Shown here: positions 10,101 through 20,013 of the stretch, one piece after another
How positions within the stretch are numbered: the stretch's first letter is position 1
Layout: the number at the start of each line of letters is the position of its first letter
NCBI GenBank assembly: GCA_963775245.1
Contig: CAVZID010000037.1
Location: forward strand, 3,175-67,174
DNA: 64,000 nucleotides
Direction of reading: 5' to 3'
Source of the DNA: an uncultured Bacteroidota bacterium
Lineage (GTDB): Bacteria > Bacteroidota > Ignavibacteria > Ignavibacteriales > Ignavibacteriaceae
Made by a program: the position numbers and the translations under genes
Notes under the pieces: generated by a model
What the model was told of the DNA's origin: nothing
The model's database searches: none
The model's input: the letters and a program-made list of their open reading frames with translations, nothing else

Positions 10101-11888
10101 TTATTTTAGTAAGTTGATTTTTATCTCACTAATATTTTCTCCTGCCTGTAATCTTACAAAATAAATTCCACTGGCAAGATTATCCCCTTTTAAGATATAT
10201 TCATGTTCGCCTTGACTAAATGACTGATTTAACAGAGTGCTAACCTTTTCGCCCAAAATATTAAATAAAGAAAGGTTTACATAGGATGTTTTTACCAAAT
10301 CGAATCTTATTTTAGTATCTGGATTAAAAGGATTCGGATAGTTCTGATATAATTTAAATCCATCAGGTATATTTTTCTTACCAACATTTCCAGTAGATAT
10401 ATGTAGATAATTCATCGCTTTGATCACATCAATTATCCCATATCCATAAAAGTCATCAGGTGAATCACTTCTAGAAGAAGTTGCCCAGAGAGCATCTCTA
10501 ATCTGAATTGGAGTAAGATTCGGATTTGCAGAAAGGATAATTGCGCATGCACCGGCAACAAGTGGTGTAGCAAAGGACGTCCCTGAATAATATGATAAAT
10601 AATCACTTGTATCTCCAGGCGTAGCATTTGGAATATAATTATTTACTCCATCTGCCATTACATCAGGTTTAATTCTTCCATCAGCAGTAGGGCCAAAACT
10701 GCTGAAACTAGCTCTATCTCCGTTAACATTTACAGCACCAACGGTAATAACGCTGTCACCATCTGCCGGGGCTCCTAAAGTATTCTGATCATTTGGGTGA
10801 GTTTGTGCTTCATTACCTGCAGCCACAACTACTACAATTCCTTTTTTTACAGCAAGGTCTGCTGCAATCGTAATCTTCGCAGTGTTGCCATCCATTTGAG
10901 CAGAGCTATAATAAACATCTCCATTATGTGGTAGGTCATATCTATAGCTAAGAGAAGTAGATGTTACATCTACTCCAATGCTGTCTGCCCATTCAACTGC
11001 TGCTATCCAGTTATCTTCTTCAATTGTAGATTCACTAGCAGTGTTTTCAGTTTTAGCTAAAATATATTTTGAATTATAAGCAGGCCCAATCATTTGTCCT
11101 TCTTTATATCCACCGATAAGAGCAAGAGTGTACGTCCCATGTGAACCTTCTCCTAAATCAGACTGGTTGGCAATAATACTGTCATGATTTACAAAATCAT
11201 ACATTGCAATAATCTGATTATTATCTCTCATTCTTTTAAAGACTTCATGCGAAAGATTACTTACTCCAGCATCAAGAACACAAATTGTTACACCCTGGCC
11301 TGTATAACCTAATTCTTGTGCAGCAATTACATTAATTTGATTCAACTCATCATAAGAATGGCCGTAATCTATATTGCCAACAGAGGTTGATTTATTTAGG
11401 TTATTATGATTTTCATTAATTTCTTGTGACCCTTCTTTAAGAAAGTTATTTTTTTTTACATACTTTTTAACATCATCAATCTGCTTTACGCAATTAAGAG
11501 CAGATATTTTATTTATCATTTTTGTATCAGCATAGCCGCTAATGCTATTAAACCATTTTGATTTTTGTTTTACTGTAAAACCCAGGCTTTGTACTTGTTT
11601 GATATAATTTTGATTAACAGGTAAATCAGTATAATCAATCAATTCTGATTGAGGTAATACTTTGGCCCTTCTTTCCAGAGATTTTTCACTTACTACTTTA
11701 TCAGGAGACTTATAAAGCTTTTGCAAAGCATTGCCTTTATCAGTAAATGTAACCCAAATTAAATATTGAGTTGAACCATTATCATTTACGATTTGATTTT
11801 TTAGCGTGCCGGTTAATTTTTGATTAGAATTTTGAGCAAATAATATTGATGTTCCAATCAATAAAACCAGTAAAAAAATTTTCTTCAT
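10101..11888 (-). CDS. secreted subtilisin-family (S8) serine protease with a T9SS C-terminal sorting domain
   Basis: The catalytic triad contexts are VLDAGV, GSHGT and SGTSFATP. It has a signal peptide. The C-terminus LYQNYPNPFNPDTKIRF...GIYFVRL is a typical Por/T9SS CTD. Confidence 0.85.
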   Translation of the reverse strand: MKKIFLLVLLIGTSILFAQNSNQKLTGTLKNQIVNDNGSTQYLIWVTFTDKGNALQKLYKSPDKVVSEKSLERRAKVLPQSELIDYTDLPVNQNYIKQVQSLGFTVKQKSKWFNSISGYADTKMINKISALNCVKQIDDVKKYVKKNNFLKEGSQEINENHNNLNKSTSVGNIDYGHSYDELNQINVIAAQELGYTGQGVTICVLDAGVSNLSHEVFKRMRDNNQIIAMYDFVNHDSIIANQSDLGEGSHGTYTLALIGGYKEGQMIGPAYNSKYILAKTENTASESTIEEDNWIAAVEWADSIGVDVTSTSLSYRYDLPHNGDVYYSSAQMDGNTAKITIAADLAVKKGIVVVVAAGNEAQTHPNDQNTLGAPADGDSVITVGAVNVNGDRASFSSFGPTADGRIKPDVMADGVNNYIPNATPGDTSDYLSYYSGTSFATPLVAGACAIILSANPNLTPIQIRDALWATSSRSDSPDDFYGYGIIDVIKAMNYLHISTGNVGKKNIPDGFKLYQNYPNPFNPDTKIRFDLVKTSYVNLSLFNILGEKVSTLLNQSFSQGEHEYILKGDNLASGIYFVRLQAGENISEIKINLLK

Positions 11889-11912
11889 TTTTAATTCCGA
11901 GAATATTTGAAG

Positions 11913-13955
11913 TTATTTTACTCGAATACCACTATTTACCGATTCATCAACAGATAAAACTTGAAGCTTGCCTTCACCATCTTCAATAGCAAGCACCATA
12001 CCTTGTGATTCGAGCCCCATTAATTTAGCAGGTTTTAGATTAGCAACTACAACAATTTTTTTCCCCTTTAATTCTTCCGGCTTATAGCTTTTTGAGATGC
12101 CGGCAATTATTTGCTTTTGTTCATCTCCAATCTTCACTTGTAACTTTAATAGCTTTTCGCTCTTTTCAACTTTTTCAGCTTCCAAAACTTCTGCAACTTT
12201 TAGCTGAACTTTCATAAAATCATCATAACCTATAAGATTATTTTCTTCTGTTTTTTGAACTGATTCTTCTTTATTTAACTGATTTATTTGTTTTTCAATC
12301 ACTTCGTCCTCAATTTTTTCAAATAAGATTTCTGATTTGCCTAATTGATGTTCTTCTTTCAAGTTTTCTTTTCCGCAATCATCCCAATTGCATGGTTTTG
12401 CATTTAACATTTTAAATAATTTTTCCGAAGAAAATGGAATGACCGGGTTGAATAATTCTGCTAAAGTATAAATGGTTTGCAAACAAATATTTAAGGTCGT
12501 TGCACTTCTTTCTTTATCCGATTTAATTGTTTTCCAGGGTTCGGAATCATTAAAATATTTGTTGCCGGCGCGGGCAAGATTCATTATTTCAAGAACACCT
12601 TCTTTAATTTTATAACTTTCAAAAAGAGCTGAAACTTTTTGAGGATATTCTGAAATAAGATTCAGCATATCAGCATCAATTTTATCTATTGAACCTTTCC
12701 TGGGAACTTTACCTTCAAAGTTTTTATGAACAAATGTAAAAGTCCGGTTAATAAAATTACCGAGAATATCAGCCAGCTCACTGTTATTCCTTGACTGAAA
12801 TTCTCTCCAGGTAAAATCTGTGTCACGAAGTTCCGGTAAATTTGCTGCAAGAGTATATCTTAAAGGATCGGCAGGAAAAATTTTTAAGAAATCAATTACA
12901 TCAATTCCCCAATTTCTGCTTTTAGAAAATTTCTTACCTTCAAAATTTAAAAATTCATTACCCGGAACATTTTGCGGCAGTATATATTTTTCTTTTTCAC
13001 CGTCATTCCATCCCATTAATATTGCCGGGAAAATTATACAGTGAAAAACAATATTGTCTTTACCAATAAAAGCTACATATTTTGTATTTTCTCCCTGCCA
13101 GTATTCTTTCCAAAGGTTTTCATTTCCTCTTTGTTTGGATAATTCTTTTGTGGCGGAAATGTAGCCAAGCACTGCTTCAAACCATACATAAATAACTTTG
13201 CCTATTGCAGATTCAATCGGAACTGAAATTCCCCAATCCAAATCCCTTGTTATTGCTCTATCTTGCAAACCGCTTTTGAACCAGCCTTTACAATATTGAA
13301 GAACATTGTCTTTCCAACCATACTTTTTATTCATTTCAGCAATATACTCTTCAAGTCTAGGCTGATAAGCACCAAGTGGAAAATACCAATGGGATGTTTC
13401 TTTAAGGTGGGGAGTTTCACCTGAGATTTTACTTTTAGGATTTTTTAATTCCTTTGGATCGTATAATGAACCACAATTTTCACATTCATCGCTTCTTGCT
13501 TCAACATAACCACAAACAGGGCAGGTACCTTCAACATATCTATCTGGCAAAAACATTTTTGCTTTTTCATCATAAAACTGAAGAGATTTTTTTTCATTTA
13601 GAATTCCGCGGTTATAGAATTCAAGAAAAAATTCCTTTGATGTTTCATGATGTATCGGCAAGCTGGTTCTAGAATAAATATCAAAGCTCATCCCGAATTT
13701 TTCAAAAGCATCTTTATTGATATTATGATAGCGGTCGATAATTACCTTTGGGCTAACATTTTCTTTGTCTGCACTAATTGTAATTGGTACGCCATGTTCA
13801 TCTGACCCGGAAATAAAGATTATATCATTTCCTTTTAACCGGTTATAGCGGACATAAATATCAGCAGGAAGATAAGCCCCGCTTAAATGTCCAAGGTGAA
13901 TGGGCCCGTTTGCATAAGGCAAAGCGGAAGTAACTAATATTTTTTCTTTACTCAA
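11913..13955 (-). CDS. metG: methionyl-tRNA synthetase with a C-terminal tRNA-binding (EMAP/Trbp111-like) domain
   Basis: It has the HLGH and KFSKS class I motifs, the zinc knuckles CPVCG...CENCG, and a C-terminal LKPAKLMGLESQGMVLA domain. Confidence 0.95.
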   Translation of the reverse strand: MSKEKILVTSALPYANGPIHLGHLSGAYLPADIYVRYNRLKGNDIIFISGSDEHGVPITISADKENVSPKVIIDRYHNINKDAFEKFGMSFDIYSRTSLPIHHETSKEFFLEFYNRGILNEKKSLQFYDEKAKMFLPDRYVEGTCPVCGYVEARSDECENCGSLYDPKELKNPKSKISGETPHLKETSHWYFPLGAYQPRLEEYIAEMNKKYGWKDNVLQYCKGWFKSGLQDRAITRDLDWGISVPIESAIGKVIYVWFEAVLGYISATKELSKQRGNENLWKEYWQGENTKYVAFIGKDNIVFHCIIFPAILMGWNDGEKEKYILPQNVPGNEFLNFEGKKFSKSRNWGIDVIDFLKIFPADPLRYTLAANLPELRDTDFTWREFQSRNNSELADILGNFINRTFTFVHKNFEGKVPRKGSIDKIDADMLNLISEYPQKVSALFESYKIKEGVLEIMNLARAGNKYFNDSEPWKTIKSDKERSATTLNICLQTIYTLAELFNPVIPFSSEKLFKMLNAKPCNWDDCGKENLKEEHQLGKSEILFEKIEDEVIEKQINQLNKEESVQKTEENNLIGYDDFMKVQLKVAEVLEAEKVEKSEKLLKLQVKIGDEQKQIIAGISKSYKPEELKGKKIVVVANLKPAKLMGLESQGMVLAIEDGEGKLQVLSVDESVNSGIRVK

Positions 13956-14144
13956 TTTAAAATCCAGATAAGTTTAATTTTAGTCTCAAATATACAGAAA
14001 ATTTGGTTTGAATCTGAAACCAATAATATGGTCAATCACATAGTAATGACTGTGCCATAAAATAGACACAATTGTTTATGATTTAAGCCATTTAATTAAA
14101 ATCGAATCCGAATTAATAGCTCACTTTACATTATACTAGTAGAT

Positions 14145-14182
14145 ATAAACCCAGTTTCTTAAAGAAACTGGGTTTATTTTAG
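14145..14182. repeat. perfect 14-bp-stem hairpin ATAAACCCAGTTTC-TTAA-AGAAACTGGGTTTAT followed by a T-run. A second copy lies at 45312-45349.
   Basis: The palindrome was read directly from the sequence. It sits between the divergent starts of metG and the 14265 gene, so it terminates neither. The second copy is about 90% identical. Confidence 0.6.
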
Positions 14183-14264
14183 TGTCATTGGTAAAATAAA
14201 AACAATATCAAATGTTTGGCTTTCATTTTGAAATATAGGAGATAATAAAAAAGTGGAGGCTGCT

Positions 14265-15314
14265 ATGAAATTGAATTTATACAAGAAATCTTTTCTCTCT
14301 GTCATTTCAATTTTTATTTTAATTATTAGTATTTCTGTATTTCCCCAACAAAGAAAAGACAGAATTGAAACAAAAAATGTAACAAGACAGCCAGCAGTAA
14401 ATAATCCTTCCCCGGTAGTTGAACAAAAAAAGCCTGCGTATAATCCACCGCCTTCTCCACCTCAAAGGCCACAGGAATCACAACCAGTACAAAGGCCGGT
14501 TGTAAATAACCATGTTCAACGAATAGAGCCGCAAAGACAGGCAGTTGTCAAACCTGCCCCACAAATACAAAGGCCTGAAGTAAATAATCCTGCTCCCCGT
14601 ATTGAACAAAAAAAACAAATGGTAGACGAAACACCACAAAGAAATTATGAACCAAAGATAATTGAAAGGCCTACAGAAACTAAAATAAAACATCCCAGTG
14701 AACAGAAGAAACAAGTTGTTGATGAGTCAGGTTCAAAAAAACCTTTAATTAAACAACCTGTGAGGCAAGAAGAAAGGCCAACACCTCCAAATGTTCAACA
14801 TGATCCGCCTGAAGTAATTAACCAACCTGGAGTTGTTTATACTGAACCAGTTTATATTCCAGATCCGCCAATTATTTATTGCCCTGAACCAACAATAATT
14901 GTTTCGAACCCTATAGTTGATCCCATTGATGAGAGAAAACCATTTCCATTGCCGGTAAAGAAATTAAGCCTAAAAGAACAGGCAATTCAGGATTATTATG
15001 ATGAATATTATTTTGACGCTTTAATTGATTTGAATGCTGCTATTGCTAAAGACTCACTTGACTTAGAACTATTCTTTTGGAGAGGAATGACCTGGTTTAA
15101 ATTAGAAAATTATGACAGCAGTGTTGTTGATTTATCAAGATATCTAAAACTATATAATGATGATGCAGAAGCTTATTATTATAGAGCCTTAAGCAATTAT
15201 TATTTAATCAACAAACTTGAAGCATACCATGATTTCTTAAAAGCAAATGAGCTGGGATATCAAAAAGCCGAAGATATGCTCGATAAATATTTTAAAGACT
15301 ATCACGTTTTATAG
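14265..15314 (+). CDS. exported or anchored protein with a proline/glutamine-rich repeat region and a C-terminal TPR-like domain
   Basis: The ATG at 14265 is preceded by GGAGG (14255-14259); the track ORF starts at a GTG at 14253. The protein has a hydrophobic leader, three VNN(P/H)xP..EQKK-type repeats, and a Tyr/Leu-rich helical repeat tail (AEAYYYRALSNYY). Confidence 0.6.
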   Translation: MKLNLYKKSFLSVISIFILIISISVFPQQRKDRIETKNVTRQPAVNNPSPVVEQKKPAYNPPPSPPQRPQESQPVQRPVVNNHVQRIEPQRQAVVKPAPQIQRPEVNNPAPRIEQKKQMVDETPQRNYEPKIIERPTETKIKHPSEQKKQVVDESGSKKPLIKQPVRQEERPTPPNVQHDPPEVINQPGVVYTEPVYIPDPPIIYCPEPTIIVSNPIVDPIDERKPFPLPVKKLSLKEQAIQDYYDEYYFDALIDLNAAIAKDSLDLELFFWRGMTWFKLENYDSSVVDLSRYLKLYNDDAEAYYYRALSNYYLINKLEAYHDFLKANELGYQKAEDMLDKYFKDYHVL

Positions 15315-15442
15315 TTCTTTGACATTAAAATCATACCGCTTACCGATGAAATTCGGGTGTTCACCGATTTTCGCTTCACATATTCTTTTGTTATGATTAT
15401 GTTTTTACCATAAAAGAATATAATCTTCTTACGGAGACTTAA

Positions 15443-16149
15443 ATGAACGAAAATCAAAACTCGACTGGTGCAAGATTTGGACTAGGAGCGATATTAATAT
15501 TAGTTGGCGGTTTGTATTTATTAAAATCATTTGGAATATATATTCCATTTTCAATTTTCTCATGGTATTTCTTCATGTTTGCCGCTGGAATTTTGATTAT
15601 AATCAATTCACAAAAAAAAACTCTTGGTATAGTATTAACGTTGATTGGCGGTTTCTTCCTATTTAGAAGAGCTTTCGACTTGTATGATCTGGACTTTGAA
15701 TCAATATTTGCAGTAGGAATTATAGCTCTTGGTATTCACATTATTTTTAAGCATAGAAAAGGTTCTGAGAATAATGACGATTCCCATGGCGCTTTTTTAA
15801 AAGAGATCTAATAGATGATATTTCAATATTTGGAGGCGGAACAAAAATTATAAACTCGGAAAATTTTAAAGGAGGAAATATCACAGCAATTTTCGGCGGG
15901 TCTGAAATAGATTTAACAAACTGCAAACTGGCAGAGGGCAATAATGTGATCGACGTTTTAATTATGTTTGGAGGAACCGAAATACGCGTTCCGAATAGCT
16001 GGAATGTTATTTTAAGTGTTACACCAATCTTCGGGGGTTTTTCAAATAAGATAAGAAGAGACCCGAATGTTCCGGTCGATCAATCAAAAACTTTAATCAT
16101 TAAAGGATTGGCTATGTTTGGCGGCGGCGAAATTAAATCAAGATTTTGA
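15443..16149 (+). pseudogene. LiaF-like (DUF2154) cell-envelope stress membrane protein, with the frame broken at a T6A4 run
   Basis: The N-terminal 4-TM part (15443-15811) and the C-terminal FGG-repeat beta domain (IFGGG...AIFGGSEIDL...IMFGGTEIRVP...AMFGGGEIK) are in different frames. The second frame is open only from 15778. Making the T-run at 15793-15798 T7 joins them as AFFKRDLIDDISIFGGG. Confidence 0.65.
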
Positions 16150-16170
16150 ATCCCATAAATACGTACTGAG

Positions 16171-17229
16171 ATGGTTTCAAATCCAATATTTCAAAAATTA
16201 AAATATTTTCTATTTTACATTGTCTTCTGGCTTATCAATTCGGCCATCTATTTTTTATTAATTACATTCGGATTAAATGTCAGCTATGGGATTGCCTTAG
16301 TTGACAGCATAGTCTCAAATTTTCTTCTCGCTGCATTGGGATTAAGCTTTTGGTATCCGGCCAGCTATATTCCATTTGAAAAAAATAACGTTTCAAGAAT
16401 AATTATAGCTTATATAGTAGGTGGAATTTTATCATCTGTTCTTTGGTTGTTTGCAGTTTACAGCATAATGGTTAAAGGATTAAATGCTCCAAACGATTAC
16501 ATTTTTTTCTTCAATGAAAGTATTGCCTGGCGTTTCTTGATTGGATTTCTTTTTTATTATTTGATAACAACTTTCTATTATGTTATAATTTATTATTCAA
16601 GATTCAATGAAAGAATAGTTCAAGAATCTGCCTTAAGAAATCTAATAACTGAATCGGAATTAAAGTCACTAAAATTTCAGATTAACCCGCATTTCATTTT
16701 TAACAGCTTAAATTCGATGAGCGCTTTAACAACTATTGATCCTGATAAAGCAAGAGAAATGATTTTAAAATTAGCCGACTTTCTTCGATACACTTTAGCA
16801 AATAATGAAAAGCAAAAAAATAAATTAAGCGATGAATTGAAGAACATAAAGCGATATTTGGATATTGAAAAAATTAGGTTTGAAGATAAGTTTGAATATA
16901 TTGAAGATATTCAAACAGAATGTGCCGATAAATATGTTCCCAATATGATTTTGCAGCCTTTATTCGAAAATGCAATTAAACACGCTGTTTATGAAACGCT
17001 TGATAAAGTGACTTTAAAACTTACTTGTAAAATGGATGAAAACTTTTTAAGGCTTTCTGTTGAAAATGATTTTGAGGAAGAATCGAATAATAAAAAAGGT
17101 ACGGGCATAGGATTAAATAATATTCAAAATAGGATGGAGCTTATTTATCATCAAAGTAATTTGATGGAAATAATAAAATCGGATCATCTTTTTAAGGTAA
17201 ACTTGTATATTCCTCTCGCTGCAGATTAA
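16171..17229 (+). CDS. LytS/YehU-type sensor histidine kinase (His_kinase + HATPase_c)
   Basis: A multi-TM N-terminus is followed by the NPHFIFNSLN H-box and the N/G boxes (LQPLFENAIKHA, GTGIGLNN). Confidence 0.85.
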   Translation: MVSNPIFQKLKYFLFYIVFWLINSAIYFLLITFGLNVSYGIALVDSIVSNFLLAALGLSFWYPASYIPFEKNNVSRIIIAYIVGGILSSVLWLFAVYSIMVKGLNAPNDYIFFFNESIAWRFLIGFLFYYLITTFYYVIIYYSRFNERIVQESALRNLITESELKSLKFQINPHFIFNSLNSMSALTTIDPDKAREMILKLADFLRYTLANNEKQKNKLSDELKNIKRYLDIEKIRFEDKFEYIEDIQTECADKYVPNMILQPLFENAIKHAVYETLDKVTLKLTCKMDENFLRLSVENDFEEESNNKKGTGIGLNNIQNRMELIYHQSNLMEIIKSDHLFKVNLYIPLAAD

Positions 17230-17321
17230 AAATTAATTATCTAAACCAGGTTGGAATACTTCCCGCTAATAGTTTAAATTCTACTTTAGATTTTTTCTAA
17301 CTTTAAACTTTATTATATCTA

Positions 17322-18062
17322 ATGTATAAAGTATTAATCATAGACGACGAAAAGCTCGCCAGGGAAATAACAAAAAAATATTTAGAGGATAAACGCGAAG
17401 TTGAGATTATAGGTGAAGCTTCAAACGGATTTGATGCAATAAAAATTATTAATGAACAGAAACCGGATTTAATTTTTTTGGATATCCAAATGCCGAAGCT
17501 TACCGGTTTTGAAATGATTGATTTAATTGATAACCCGCCTGTAATTATTTTTACAACCGCTTACGATAACTATGCTTTAAAGGCTTTTGAAGCCAATGCA
17601 GTTGATTATCTTTTAAAGCCATTTTCAAAAGAAAGATTCGAAGAAGCACTTCAAAAAGCATTCGTTTATTTGAGAGATAAACTCAAACAAAATTCAATTC
17701 AAAACCTAATTAAGCATAATGACGAAACTAAAAGATTTTTAGACCGGGTAGTAATAAAAGATGGAACGAAAATTAATATTGTCCCGATTGATAAAATAAG
17801 ATGGCTTGAAGCGCAGGATGATTATGTAATGGTTCATTCGGATGATGGTAAATTGCTAAAACAAAAAACGATGAAATATTTTGAAAATCATCTTGACCCA
17901 AAATATTTTGTTAGGATTCACCGTTCCTATATTGTAAATATTGATTTTATTAATCATCTTGAACTAAACGAAAAAGATACTTACCGGATTATATTAAAAA
18001 ATAATAATCCGCTTCCTGTCAGTAAAACAGGGTTATCAAAATTAAAAGATGTAATTAAATAA
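17322..18062 (+). CDS. LytTR-family response regulator
   Basis: It has a receiver domain (IIDDE...DLIFLDIQMP) and a C-terminal LytTR DNA-binding domain (FVRIHRSYIVN). Confidence 0.9.
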   Translation: MYKVLIIDDEKLAREITKKYLEDKREVEIIGEASNGFDAIKIINEQKPDLIFLDIQMPKLTGFEMIDLIDNPPVIIFTTAYDNYALKAFEANAVDYLLKPFSKERFEEALQKAFVYLRDKLKQNSIQNLIKHNDETKRFLDRVVIKDGTKINIVPIDKIRWLEAQDDYVMVHSDDGKLLKQKTMKYFENHLDPKYFVRIHRSYIVNIDFINHLELNEKDTYRIILKNNNPLPVSKTGLSKLKDVIK

Positions 18063-18118
18063 AAATTGAAACTCTTTTTTCTGATAGATATATTTGTTCA
18101 AATCTAAAAGAGGATTAA

Positions 18119-19723
18119 ATGACTTTCGATAATGACCTTCAATCAATTCAGGAAGCACGCACTTTAGCGAGACTAGCTAAAGAAGCTCAGCTTGAATTTA
18201 AACACTTCTCGCAGGAACAAGTTAATAAAATTATAAAAGCCATGGCGGAAGCCGGATATGAAAATTCGGAACTGCTTGCTAAAATGGCTGCTGAAGAAAG
18301 CGGTTTCGGTAAATGGCAGGATAAAGTTATTAAAAATCAGTTTGGAACTAAAAATGTTTATGAATCAATTAAAGATTTAAAGACAGTAGGAATAATTGCC
18401 AGCGAAGCAAACGGAAAAGTATTAAAGATTGCTGTTCCAATGGGAGTTGTATGTGCACTTGTTCCTTCAACCAATCCAACTTCAACAGCAATGTTTAAGA
18501 CTTTGATTTCTTTGAAATGCAGAAACGGAATAGTTGCCAGCCCTCATCCTAGGACTAAAAAATGTACGTATGAATCTCTAAAAATTTTATCAGATGCTGC
18601 TGTAAGTGAAGGCGCTCCTAAAGGATTAATTCAATGTATGAGTAATCCAACCATTGAAGGCACTCAGGAATTAATGCATAATAAAAATATTGCAGTGGTT
18701 TTAGCGACCGGCAGCACTCCCATGGTTAAATCTGCATACAGCGCCGGCAAACCAGCTTATGGAGTTGGTTCAGGAAATGTCCCCGCATTTATTGAACGAA
18801 CAGCAAATTATAAAAAAGCTGTTGCCGATATTGTTTATGGGACTACTTTCGATAACGGAACTTTATGCTCTTCGGAACAAGCAATGATTGTAGATCTACC
18901 TCTAAAAGAAAAAGTTATTGAAGAAGCAAAAAACAACGGATGTTATTTTGTTAACCAACATGAAAAAGAAAAGCTTGCAAAAGCAATTCAAAAAGATTTT
19001 AGAATAAATCCTGAAATAGTAGGCCAATCTGCTGAATTCATTGCACGATATGCAGGATTTCAGGTTCCAAAAAACACCAAAGTTTTAATGGCTGAATGTA
19101 CAGAAGTTGGAAAGAAAGAGCCTCTTTCGATGGAAAAGCTTTCTCCTATTTTAGCTTTCTATGTTGTTGACGGATGGCTGGAAGGCTGTCATAAATGTAT
19201 TGAGCTTTTAGAATTTGGCGGCATTGGACATACAATGGCAATCCATTCCAACGACCAGCCAATAATTATGAAGTTTGCTCTTGAGAAACCAGCGTTCAGA
19301 ATTTTAGTTAATACAGTTGCTTCAGTTGGTGCAGTTGGATATACAACTGCTTTAGATCCATCAATGACTTTAGGACCCGGAACATGGGGCGGTTCAATAA
19401 TTTCAGAAAATGTAACAGCAAAACATTTAATGAATATTAAAAGCTTAGCTTTTGAAACAAATCCGATCAACAGAGGAGATACTGTCACTTCATTTAAAGT
19501 ACCCGCCTCTATTTCCAGCATAAAAACATCAGGCTTAATGAAAGAAATTGAAGAAAGATTGAGAGCCCGCGCAGGGAATCTTCCTTTGAAAGATTCTTTT
19601 AAGAAAAGCAAACCTGAAGAACCTGTAAAAATTAAACCATCTTCCGAAGAAAAAGTTTATGGTACCGGAATCAGTGAGAATGATATAAATAAAATAGTAG
19701 AAGAGTTTAATTTTAAAAAATAA
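18119..19723 (+). CDS. acylating (CoA-dependent) aldehyde dehydrogenase, EutE/PduP/AdhE-N-like, with an ~80-aa C-terminal extension
   Basis: The N-terminus DLQSIQEARTLARLAKEAQ and the catalytic-Cys context FDNGTLCSSEQ are typical of acetaldehyde dehydrogenase (acetylating). Confidence 0.8.
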   Translation: MTFDNDLQSIQEARTLARLAKEAQLEFKHFSQEQVNKIIKAMAEAGYENSELLAKMAAEESGFGKWQDKVIKNQFGTKNVYESIKDLKTVGIIASEANGKVLKIAVPMGVVCALVPSTNPTSTAMFKTLISLKCRNGIVASPHPRTKKCTYESLKILSDAAVSEGAPKGLIQCMSNPTIEGTQELMHNKNIAVVLATGSTPMVKSAYSAGKPAYGVGSGNVPAFIERTANYKKAVADIVYGTTFDNGTLCSSEQAMIVDLPLKEKVIEEAKNNGCYFVNQHEKEKLAKAIQKDFRINPEIVGQSAEFIARYAGFQVPKNTKVLMAECTEVGKKEPLSMEKLSPILAFYVVDGWLEGCHKCIELLEFGGIGHTMAIHSNDQPIIMKFALEKPAFRILVNTVASVGAVGYTTALDPSMTLGPGTWGGSIISENVTAKHLMNIKSLAFETNPINRGDTVTSFKVPASISSIKTSGLMKEIEERLRARAGNLPLKDSFKKSKPEEPVKIKPSSEEKVYGTGISENDINKIVEEFNFKK

Positions 19724-19807
19724 AAAACCCGGCAGAGCAATATTTTAATTTACGAGGGGTCATAAATTAAAATTGTTTTCCGCCAGGTCTATCATAAGAG
19801 GAGGCCT

Positions 19808-19903
19808 ATGATGAAAATCAAAAGCAATTTTCAATTCATTATTTTCTCACTTCTAATTTCTAGAGTAATTATTATTACAGAATTGTTCAATGCAAAATTT
19901 TAA
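19808..19903 (+). CDS. candidate 31-aa hydrophobic mini-protein
   Basis: A strong Shine-Dalgarno AAGAGGAGG (19796-19804) precedes tandem ATGs at 19808 and 19811. The ORF reads MMKIKSNFQFIIFSLLISRVIIITELFNAKF. I recognise no homology. Confidence 0.25.
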   Translation: MMKIKSNFQFIIFSLLISRVIIITELFNAKF

Positions 19904-20013
19904 GGTGATCATATTAATCACATGAATCTATTTTCTCCCCGCTTTTAATGGAAGATCTATTTAAATAAAATTGAAAATTTTAATTCATGAATTAGCTTAA
20001 CAATTTTTATTTA

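Noticed and set aside
19189-19611. 140-codon antisense ORF inside the aldehyde dehydrogenase gene. Also the 138- and 105-codon antisense ORFs inside nagZ (34746-35162 and 35274-35591).
   Set aside because: They are long for shadow ORFs, but the sense-strand proteins are unambiguous. The antisense translations have no motifs, no start context and biased composition.
19481-19723. C-terminal ~80-aa extension of the acylating aldehyde dehydrogenase, ending in the amphipathic ISENDINKIVEEFNF, as a microcompartment encapsulation peptide
   Set aside because: The window contains no BMC shell (BMC-H/T/P) or partner enzyme genes, and the resemblance to encapsulation peptides is only generic amphipathicity. 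Revisit this if a BMC locus exists elsewhere in the genome.
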